DNA from: Gemmatimonadota bacterium
Lineage (GTDB): Bacteria > Gemmatimonadota > Gemmatimonadetes > Palauibacterales > Palauibacteraceae
DNA: 21,656 bases
NCBI GenBank assembly: GCA_039588275.1
Contig: JBDHAC010000060.1
Coordinates: 1 to 21,656, forward strand
Direction of reading: 5' to 3'
Made by a program: the position numbers and the translations under genes. Numbering within the stretch: position 1 is the first letter of the stretch; each line of letters begins with the position of its first letter. Below the pieces are notes generated by a model. That model saw nothing but the letters and a program-made list of their open reading frames with translations. It had not been told where the DNA came from and searched no databases. Shown here in pieces: positions 15,035 to 21,656 of the stretch.

Positions 15035-16738
15035 TTACATGCCGGCAGGATCAGATCGGGCCAACGCGGCCCCCTGCCGATCAGCGAGGCGTAAGCGCAC
15101 ACGGGCGGTCGTACCGACCCCAACCGAGCTCTCCAAATCGATCTCCCCACCGTGCGCGATGGCTATCCGGCGTGCGATCGGCAGCCCCAGACCGGTGCCC
15201 TCGGGCCGGGTGCTGAACAGCGGTTCGAACACCCGCTCTCGTACCTCGTCGGGGATACCGGGCCCGGTGTCCCGAACTGTCACGAGGACCTCGCCATCGA
15301 CGCGCTCCACAGACACCGTGGCCTCGCCCCCCGAGTCGAGCGCTTCGGCCGCGTTGCGCATGAGATTGAGGAACAGCTGTTCGAGCGCCCCCGCATCCCC
15401 CGTCACCGCGATCGGGTCGGGCAACGGAGCCAGGGAGAGTGTCGCAGCACGCTGGGCGAACGCCGGCCGCGCCGCGGCGGCAGCGGCCCGAAGCGGTCCC
15501 CTCAGATCCACCCGTGTGGCTCGAATGCGTCCACTCCGGGCTACCTTCAAGACCCGAGAGACGGTCTCATCGAGACGGGCGATTTCCGCCAGCGCCCGCC
15601 GCTGTGCCTCGATCCGCGCAGAGTCCTCGAGCCCCTCTTCCGCGAACTGGAGGTCGACCCGGACGGCGGTGAGCGGATTGCGAACCTCGTGGGCGAGCGT
15701 GGCCGCGAACTCCCCGACCGCGGCGAGGGACTCACGATTGGCGAGCTCACCGAGGCTCGTCTGAAGGTTCTCGGTCATCGAGTTGAATGCGCGGGCGACC
15801 CGGCCGACCTCATCGTCACCCACAGGTTCCACGCGGCGGTCCAGATCCCCGTCCGACACGGCCTCCGCGGCTGCCGATAGCCGCCGGAGGGAGCGCGTCA
15901 TGCGACTGGTGAGGATTGCCGCCAGAGCGAGCCCGGTGACCGCCACGAGCAGCAGGAGCCACGTACCACGGCGGGCGGCACGCTCGAACGGCGCCGTGAA
16001 CCCGCTCAGCGGCGCAGCCGCGACCAGCGTGAGGGGCGGTTCCTCGAGGGTCCGGCGTGCGGTGACCCATTCGACCCCTCCCCAACTGAATCGATCCTCC
16101 GCCAGCAAGAACGGGTCGAAGGGTAGTGGGAGATGGGAGATCCCGGTCGTCGCCCCGAACAGACCCATGATCATGCCGGCCGCAGCGGGGGCCACGCTGG
16201 CCGGGGGCAAGAGCGCTTCTGGCTCAAAGGCCGTGATCAACGTCCCCAGGTGTTGCCCCGTCGCACGTTCGTAGATGGCGAGCTCGAGGTCCAACGTCGA
16301 GCCTGCGCCACCGAATCCCGCAGCCGATGTCCCCGGCGAACGCTGCAGCACCCAACGGTCCCGACCCAGCACATCCCGGATGGTGATGGCCTCTACGCCG
16401 GCGTCCAGACCGTCGAATCGGTCGACCAGGCTCGGCGGCGGATCGCGCACTCCTGTCGGATCGACCTGGGCGACTCGATCGGGGGGATCGAGCGACAACG
16501 CACGTTGAACCGCGTCGTCTTCGGCGAGGTACAGGAGCTGCGAGCGCTGGCCGATCCAGCGCGACACGATCTGAGTGACCGTTTGATCGATCGCCTCCGC
16601 GAGCCGATCTCGCAGCAGCGTCTCACCCGAGCGTTGCGCGGTCCCCGTCAACCACAGACCCAATAGGCCGAGAGGAATCACGGCCACAGCGAGCACGACC
16701 AGCAGGATTCGCGTCCGGAACGAGAGGCTGAATCGCAT
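15035..16738 (-). CDS. HAMP-domain sensor histidine kinase (NtrB/NtrY-like)
   Basis: Two TMs flank a periplasmic domain; HAMP (DEVGRVARAFNSM); H-box LAHEVRNPL; N-box NLMRNA; DTGPGI; FST; GTGLGL. Confidence 0.94.
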   Translation of the reverse strand: MRFSLSFRTRILLVVLAVAVIPLGLLGLWLTGTAQRSGETLLRDRLAEAIDQTVTQIVSRWIGQRSQLLYLAEDDAVQRALSLDPPDRVAQVDPTGVRDPPPSLVDRFDGLDAGVEAITIRDVLGRDRWVLQRSPGTSAAGFGGAGSTLDLELAIYERATGQHLGTLITAFEPEALLPPASVAPAAAGMIMGLFGATTGISHLPLPFDPFLLAEDRFSWGGVEWVTARRTLEEPPLTLVAAAPLSGFTAPFERAARRGTWLLLLVAVTGLALAAILTSRMTRSLRRLSAAAEAVSDGDLDRRVEPVGDDEVGRVARAFNSMTENLQTSLGELANRESLAAVGEFAATLAHEVRNPLTAVRVDLQFAEEGLEDSARIEAQRRALAEIARLDETVSRVLKVARSGRIRATRVDLRGPLRAAAAAARPAFAQRAATLSLAPLPDPIAVTGDAGALEQLFLNLMRNAAEALDSGGEATVSVERVDGEVLVTVRDTGPGIPDEVRERVFEPLFSTRPEGTGLGLPIARRIAIAHGGEIDLESSVGVGTTARVRLRLADRQGAALARSDPAGM

Positions 16739-16758
16739 GGCTCGGGTCGGCGGCCGAG

Positions 16759-18141
16759 TCAGCCTACGACCTCATCGAGGCCGTACTTCCTGATCAGGCG
16801 GTCGAGCCGTGGGCGCGAGATTCCCAGAATCTCCGCGGTCCGCGACTTGTGCCCACCCATCGCATCCAGCACCCGGGCGACGTGCTCGCGCTCGACGTCA
16901 TCCAGTGTGGTCATGCGCGGGACGGCCCCCGTCGGCTGGCCACCCAACTCCAGATGCTCCGGGCGAAGCACATCCCCCGTGGCCATGACGACAGCGCGCG
17001 TGAGGCAGTTCTCGAGCTCGCGCACGTTGCCCGGCCAGCTGTAGCCCATGAGCCGCTCGATGCTCTCGGGGGTGACGACAACCGCCAGTTTTCCGGCCGC
17101 CTTGCACGCCTTGCGCACGAGATGATCGGCGAGGGCCGGGACATCCCCCAGGCGCTCGCGGAGCGGGGGTACTCGGATGTCCACGACGCGGAGACGGTAG
17201 TACAGGTCTTCGCGGAAGCTGCCTGCTGCCACGAGCTGCTCCAGGTTTCGGTGCGTCGCGGCAATCACGCGCGCGTCGGCGCGCTCCGGTCGCTCGGCTC
17301 CCACCGGATAGTACTCGTGCTCCTGGAGAACCCGGAGCAGCTTCGCCTGGAACTCCGGCGGGGTGTCGCCGATCTCGTCCAGGAAGATCGTTCCCTTCCC
17401 GGCCATCGCGAACCGTCCCCTCCGGTCTGCGGTCGCGTCGGTGAAGGCTCCCCTGACGTGCCCGAACAGCTCGGACTCGAGGAGCGTCGCCGGGAGGGCC
17501 GTGCAGTTCACCGCCACGAACGGCTCGTGGGCGTAGGGCGAGCTCAGGTGGATCTCGCGAGCGACGAGCTCCTTCCCCGTCCCGCTCTCACCGCGGATCA
17601 CGACGTTGGTCCGAGTCGCCGCCACCCGTCCGATGAGCTTGAAGATCTCGATCATCCCCGGGTCGTGGCCGACCAGGCGCTGCGGCCGATCCGCGCGACC
17701 CTCGCCGGCGCCCGGTGCACCGGCTCCGTCGGCCTCTTCTGCTCCCGTGCCTGACTCCGGTCGACGACGCCTTCGCATGTCTCGGTCCTCGAACAGGCGC
17801 TCGAGGGCGGAGCGCAACGCGTGCAGATCCAGGGGCTTCACGAGGAAGTCGACGGCCCCCTCGCGCATCGCCTCGGCGACGGTCGGGAGATCGTCGTAGG
17901 CCGTCATCATGATCACGTCGAGATCCGGGCTCCGGCGGCGCAAGAGCTTCAGGAGCTCCATGCCGTCCATACCTGGCATCTTGAGATCGAGCAGGACAAC
18001 GGAGACAGGGCGATCGGCGAGGACGGAGAGTGCGCTCTCGGCGTTCTCGGCCGTGCGGATCTCGAAACCGTCCGCGAGCGCACCTGAGAGCGAGGTCAGG
18101 ATGCGAGCGTCATCGTCGACGATGAGAATGGATCGGTTCAT
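16759..18141 (-). CDS. Sigma54-dependent response regulator (NtrC/AtoC family: receiver-AAA+-Fis HTH)
   Basis: ILIVDDD, DLKMPGMDG, GESGTGKE, ESELFGHVRGAFTDA, FLDEIG, FREDLYYRL, WPGNVRELEN and a C-terminal HTH. Alternative GTG start at 18150. Confidence 0.95.
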   Translation of the reverse strand: MNRSILIVDDDARILTSLSGALADGFEIRTAENAESALSVLADRPVSVVLLDLKMPGMDGMELLKLLRRRSPDLDVIMMTAYDDLPTVAEAMREGAVDFLVKPLDLHALRSALERLFEDRDMRRRRRPESGTGAEEADGAGAPGAGEGRADRPQRLVGHDPGMIEIFKLIGRVAATRTNVVIRGESGTGKELVAREIHLSSPYAHEPFVAVNCTALPATLLESELFGHVRGAFTDATADRRGRFAMAGKGTIFLDEIGDTPPEFQAKLLRVLQEHEYYPVGAERPERADARVIAATHRNLEQLVAAGSFREDLYYRLRVVDIRVPPLRERLGDVPALADHLVRKACKAAGKLAVVVTPESIERLMGYSWPGNVRELENCLTRAVVMATGDVLRPEHLELGGQPTGAVPRMTTLDDVEREHVARVLDAMGGHKSRTAEILGISRPRLDRLIRKYGLDEVVG

Positions 18142-18255
18142 GTGCAGCACCGGCTGGAGCCCGGCCGGGGCACCCCGAGGCGGTTGCCGGCCCTGGGGTG
18201 GATCCCGGCCTACCTCCCGTGCTCAAGGTAGCGCGTAGCGTTGACCCAGGAGAAG

Positions 18256-18365
18256 GGCAAGCGTGGAGCCGAACCGGCGACACTGGCACAACACGTTGCA
18301 TAATAGGCGGTTAGGCGCTTGATCTCAGGCCGTGATCGCGGTGGTTTTGCAACGATACGTTACAA
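18256..18365 (-). promoter_or_regulatory. Putative sigma54 promoter with IHF-like site and enhancer dyad upstream of the response regulator
   Basis: Minus-strand TCGGCTCCACGCTTGCC (GG-N10-GC) at 18272-18256, ATGCAA-CGTG-TTG IHF-like site, and near-perfect dyad TTGCAAC-GATAC-GTTACAA at 18347-18365. Confidence 0.6.
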
Positions 18366-18447
18366 TCATCGCTGACGTCATTACCTCTTCGCCCGAGCCG
18401 GCCCTGGCCATAACCGGAGCCGTTTGCGAAGCTCAGGGAAGCGACCC

Positions 18448-19953
18448 ATGGACCGAGAACGAGCGGAACCTCCGATGCCGACCTTGGACGCGCCCCCTTT
18501 GAGAGCTGTCGGCGGCGGCGTGGTCATCATTACGCTGCTCTCGGCGCTCGCCGGCTGCAACGGCCAGGAGGCGGGAAGCCGGGAGGACGCCGCCCCGGAC
18601 CACGAGTCGGTCGCTTGGGAGACTGCCTCACCGGCGCGAGTCGGTCTGGACCCGGGCCCGCTCGATCGACTTCGACAGGACATCGCGGCGGGCGCCTTCC
18701 CCAATCTCCACGCGACCCTCATCGTGAAGGACGGCGCTCTGGTGTTCGAGGAGTACTTCGACGGGTACGGTCCCGACACGCGCCAGTACACGGCCTCCAT
18801 CTCGAAGAGCGTGGGCTCCATCCTGGTGGGCATCGCGATGGACCTGGGCTTGCTTCCGACACTCGCAGAGGGGGGCGCGGACCGGCCCGTGCTGGAGCTC
18901 CTCCCCGAGTACGAGGACGTCGTGTGGGCCGACCCCATCAAGCGGCGTTTGCTGCTGCGACATGTCCTGTCGATGAGCGCCGGACTCGAGTGGGACGAGA
19001 CTTCCTACCCGTACGACGACCCTCGCAATGACTGGGTGCAGGCGCGCGGCCGCGACGATCCTGTCGGGTTCACGCTGTGGAAGCCGGTCGTCGCGGAGCC
19101 CGGGGCGGAGTTTGTGTATAACGGCGGCCTCAGCATTCTCCTCTCGCGACTCATCCGGAAGACCTCCGGCATGTCTGCGGCCGAGTTCGCGGACCGCCAT
19201 CTGTTCTCGCCGCTCGCGATCGAGGACTACGAGTGGGAGCGCCTCCCCGGGGGACTGACCGACACGGACGGCGGGCTGCACATGCGGCCGCGCGATCTGA
19301 CCAAACTCGGCCTCCTGTACCTGAACAACGGCGAGTGGGAGGGGCGGCGAATCGTCTCGGAGGAGTGGGTCAGAGAATCGACGCGCGAGCACATGATCAA
19401 CGAAGGGGCACCGAACTACGGGTACCAGTGGTGGTGCGGCGACTTCCACTACGCGGACCGCTCCGCGTACGCGTATCTCGCATCCGGGCATGGAGGACAG
19501 AAGATCTTCGTGTTCCCGGCGTTCGATCTGGTGGTGGTCCTCACGCACGAGGTGTTCGACAACCCGCTCGGCGAGCTTCGCAACACGGCGATCCTGAGTC
19601 GGTATGTGCTTCCCGCGACCGACTCGACCCCGGCACCCTCCTCGATCCCGGCACCCTCCTCGACGCCCCTCGAGCTCGATGCCGCGATGCTCTCACGCTA
19701 CGCGGGAGTGTACACGGCCGCTCAACAGCAGCTCACCATCGAATCTCTGGACGGAGCGCTGATCGCCAATGCCGAGGGCGCGCCGCCCATGCAGCTGATC
19801 CCGCTCTCCCAGAGCCGTTTCCGGGCCACCGTCTTGGACCTGGTGGACGTGTACCTCGTCTTCGATCTGTCCGAAGGGGGTGCGGTGGAAGGCGTGCGAG
19901 CCACGTGGGGGTTCAACGACACGGTCTTCGAAAAAGCAGCCCCCGATCGCTGA
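18448..19953 (+). CDS. Serine hydrolase, beta-lactamase class C / 6-aminohexanoate-dimer hydrolase-like, lipoprotein with C-terminal accessory domain
   Basis: SISK (SxxK), LLRHVLSMSAG, FVYNGG, RPRDLTKLG, YGYQWW and ASGHGGQ motifs; lipobox LAGC. The start is uncertain (TTG 18424, ATG 18448 or ATG 18475). Confidence 0.88.
   Translation: MDRERAEPPMPTLDAPPLRAVGGGVVIITLLSALAGCNGQEAGSREDAAPDHESVAWETASPARVGLDPGPLDRLRQDIAAGAFPNLHATLIVKDGALVFEEYFDGYGPDTRQYTASISKSVGSILVGIAMDLGLLPTLAEGGADRPVLELLPEYEDVVWADPIKRRLLLRHVLSMSAGLEWDETSYPYDDPRNDWVQARGRDDPVGFTLWKPVVAEPGAEFVYNGGLSILLSRLIRKTSGMSAAEFADRHLFSPLAIEDYEWERLPGGLTDTDGGLHMRPRDLTKLGLLYLNNGEWEGRRIVSEEWVRESTREHMINEGAPNYGYQWWCGDFHYADRSAYAYLASGHGGQKIFVFPAFDLVVVLTHEVFDNPLGELRNTAILSRYVLPATDSTPAPSSIPAPSSTPLELDAAMLSRYAGVYTAAQQQLTIESLDGALIANAEGAPPMQLIPLSQSRFRATVLDLVDVYLVFDLSEGGAVEGVRATWGFNDTVFEKAAPDR
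19624..19664 (+). repeat. In-frame 18-bp tandem duplication in the interdomain linker
   Basis: TCGACCCCGGCACCCTCC / TCGATCCCGGCACCCTCC / TCGAC, encoding STPAPS-SIPAPS-ST. Confidence 0.85.
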
Positions 19954-20009
19954 TCTGGCCGCGCGCCCCGTTGACGGGAAGAGGGGTTTGCATACCGGCC
20001 GCCGCCCCC

Positions 20010-20054
20010 GGGACAACCTGTCCCACGTCTTGAACAAATCGGACAACGATGTCA
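20010..20054. promoter_or_regulatory. Pair of GACA-N3/4-TGTC dyads upstream of the ba3 oxidase operon (putative operator)
   Basis: GGGACA-ACC-TGTCCC at 20010-20024 (perfect dyad) and GGACA-ACGA-TGTCA at 20041-20054. Confidence 0.5.
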
Positions 20055-20181
20055 GGTTCTCGCCTTCGTGTCCGGAACCGGCCTGACCCAGACCGATAAC
20101 CCGGGCGAATCCGACCCCAACTCAACCAGCATCGCGGACGCAACGCGCGTCCTTGTACGACTCCACACAGGAGGGAACGGA

Positions 20182-20334
20182 ATGCCGGACGAGCCGAGCG
20201 CTGGCGCGCACGACGTCGGCAGCCACCCGAAGGGAACGCTGGCCATCGTCGCGATCTACGGCCTGCTCTTCCTACTGGGCTGGCTGGTCATCTACTTCTT
20301 CGTGTTCGTGCCTCGCGGCACCCTGACCCAGTGA
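20182..20334 (+). CDS. cbaD: ba3-type cytochrome c oxidase subunit IIa (50 aa)
   Basis: MPDEPSAGAHDVGSHPKGTLAIVAIYGLLFLLGWLVIYFFVFVPRGTLTQ shows the PKG...W..Y..F..RG pattern of subunit IIa. AGGAGG RBS before ATG 20182; directly precedes subunit II. Confidence 0.82.
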   Translation: MPDEPSAGAHDVGSHPKGTLAIVAIYGLLFLLGWLVIYFFVFVPRGTLTQ

Positions 20335-20341
20335 GGCAACC

Positions 20342-20845
20342 ATGAACGTCGATCTTTACGAGAAGTTCTGGATGTGGGCGTCGGGGGGGATCATGGTCAT
20401 CTTCGTGGCCTCGATCCTCTACACGAGCGTGTCACAGTCGCTCCAGCCGCCCAGCCACGTCGAGACCATCGATCCGCTGGCGGTCCGAACAGCTCCCGGA
20501 TTTGCGCAGCCGTCGGTCACCATCAACGCCGATGGGAGCGCGACCGTGCACGTGGTTGCGGCCATGTTCTCGTTCGCACCCAACGAGATCCGGGTGCCGC
20601 GCGGGCGGCCCGTCACGTTCCGGATCACGAGCCCCGACGTCACGCACGGCTTCCAGATCGTGAAGACGAACGGGAACTCCATGGTGATCCCCGGCTACGT
20701 GAGCCAATTCACGACCCAATTCGACGAGGCCGGTGAGTACCTGATCGTGTGCAACGAGTACTGCGGTCTGGGACACCACGTGATGTTCGCGACGCTGTAC
20801 GTCGAAGACGAGCTCTCCGCCGGGAGTGAGGAGGTGGCCGGATGA
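20342..20845 (+). CDS. cbaB: ba3-type cytochrome c oxidase subunit II (CuA)
   Basis: YEKFW + single TM, ETIDP, ITSPDVTHGF and CNEYCGLGHHVM. Confidence 0.93.
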   Translation: MNVDLYEKFWMWASGGIMVIFVASILYTSVSQSLQPPSHVETIDPLAVRTAPGFAQPSVTINADGSATVHVVAAMFSFAPNEIRVPRGRPVTFRITSPDVTHGFQIVKTNGNSMVIPGYVSQFTTQFDEAGEYLIVCNEYCGLGHHVMFATLYVEDELSAGSEEVAG

Positions 20846-21656
20846 TCGCCTCACGACGTCTCGCGCTCGCCAACTTGTGGGTCGGTATCGCCGCGTTCGG
20901 CATCGCGTCCGCCATGGCGCTCATGCAGGCGCTCTCGCGTGCGGACCTGGATCTACCGTGGCGGACCCCCGGCATGTACTACCTGTCCGTGACCGCCCAC
21001 GGCGTCCTAATGGCGCTCGTGTTCACGACGTTCTTCATCATGGGACTCGGCTACGTAGTCGCCGAGCGGACACTCGGGCGCGAGATCGTGCTCAAACGGG
21101 TGGCCTGGATCGGCTTCTGGGTCGCCCTGGTCGGCACGGCGGCGGTCGCGTGGGCGATCCTGTGGGGGAAGGCCACGGTCCTGTACACCTTCTACCCGCC
21201 GCTCATGGCACACCCGGTGTTCTACATCGGCGCCACGCTGCTGATCGTGGGCTCGTGGCTGTGGTGTCTGGTGATCCTCCGCACCTATCTGGTTTGGAAG
21301 AAGGAGAACCCGGGGGCGCGGATCCCGCTTCCCCTCCTCGGCATGCTGACCACCATCATCGTGTGGCTGCTGGCCACGCCGGGCGTGGCGGCCGAGGCGC
21401 TCTTCCAGCTCATTCCGTGGTCCCTCGGGCTCACGGACACGATCGACCCCGTGCTGGCCCGCACGCTGTTCTGGTGGTTCGGGCACCCACTCGTCTACTT
21501 CTGGCTGATCCCGGCGTACGTGATCTGGTATACGGTCACACCCCGGGTGGCGGGCGGGAAGCTGTTCAGTGACCCGCTGGCCCGAGTCGTATTCGTGCTG
21601 TTCATCGTGCTCTCGACCCCGGTGGGCTTCCACCACCAGTTCCTGGATCCGGGCAT
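20842..21656 (+). CDS. cbaA: ba3-type (B-family) cytochrome c oxidase subunit I, truncated by the window edge
   Basis: Not in the ORF track because there is no stop in the window. Manual translation: MIASRRLALANLW...YYLSVTAHGVLMALVFTTFFI...LYTFYPPL...LARTLFWWFGHPLVYFWLIPAYVIWY...PVGFHHQFLDPG. ATGA overlap with cbaB. Confidence 0.93.
   Translation, partial: MIASRRLALANLWVGIAAFGIASAMALMQALSRADLDLPWRTPGMYYLSVTAHGVLMALVFTTFFIMGLGYVVAERTLGREIVLKRVAWIGFWVALVGTAAVAWAILWGKATVLYTFYPPLMAHPVFYIGATLLIVGSWLWCLVILRTYLVWKKENPGARIPLPLLGMLTTIIVWLLATPGVAAEALFQLIPWSLGLTDTIDPVLARTLFWWFGHPLVYFWLIPAYVIWYTVTPRVAGGKLFSDPLARVVFVLFIVLSTPVGFHHQFLDPG

Noticed and set aside
18284..18300. Plus-strand TGGCACAACACGTTGCA as a sigma54 promoter for the serine hydrolase
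   Set aside because: The GG-to-GC spacing is 11 nt, not the required 10. The same bases fit the IHF-like element of the minus-strand module.
19967..19990. CCCGTTGACGGG hairpin as a terminator, or TTGACG as a -35 box
   Set aside because: The stem is short with no adjacent U-tract, and there is no -10 hexamer at proper spacing.
20826..21636. ORF-track entries 20826..21572 (+) and 21007..21636 (-)
   Set aside because: Shadow frames. The real gene is cbaA starting at 20842, which the track missed because it has no stop in the window.

Overview
GC-rich bacterial window devoted to anaerobic and micro-oxic energy metabolism. The gene style is compatible with Gemmatimonadota, but that is inference only. 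From left to right: (1) A minus-strand operon korA-korB-hypothetical-rnfB-(start of a PFOR-like 2-oxoacid oxidoreductase) runs off the left edge. (2) A minus-strand operon comprises Rrf2 regulator, 57-aa membrane peptide, CuA subunit II, heme-copper subunit I, 65-aa membrane peptide, SCO with an extra N-terminal domain, and heme o synthase. Subunit I has GHSSQQ instead of GHPxVY, so it lacks the cross-linked Tyr; this is the pattern of the B-family-derived eNOR-type nitric oxide reductases. (3) Divergent from it is a cytochrome b + 2x[4Fe-4S] + MvhD/FlpD-like fusion gene coupled to a membrane-anchored Cys/His/Met protein, a candidate uncharacterised electron-supply module. (4) A beta-propeller lipoprotein, a sensor kinase, an NtrC-family sigma54 regulator and a serine hydrolase lipoprotein follow; two similar ~110-bp sigma54/IHF/enhancer-like promoter modules lie in this block. 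(5) A canonical ba3-type (B-family) oxygen reductase operon cbaD-cbaB-cbaA runs off the right edge. No RNA genes, CRISPR arrays or mobile elements were seen.
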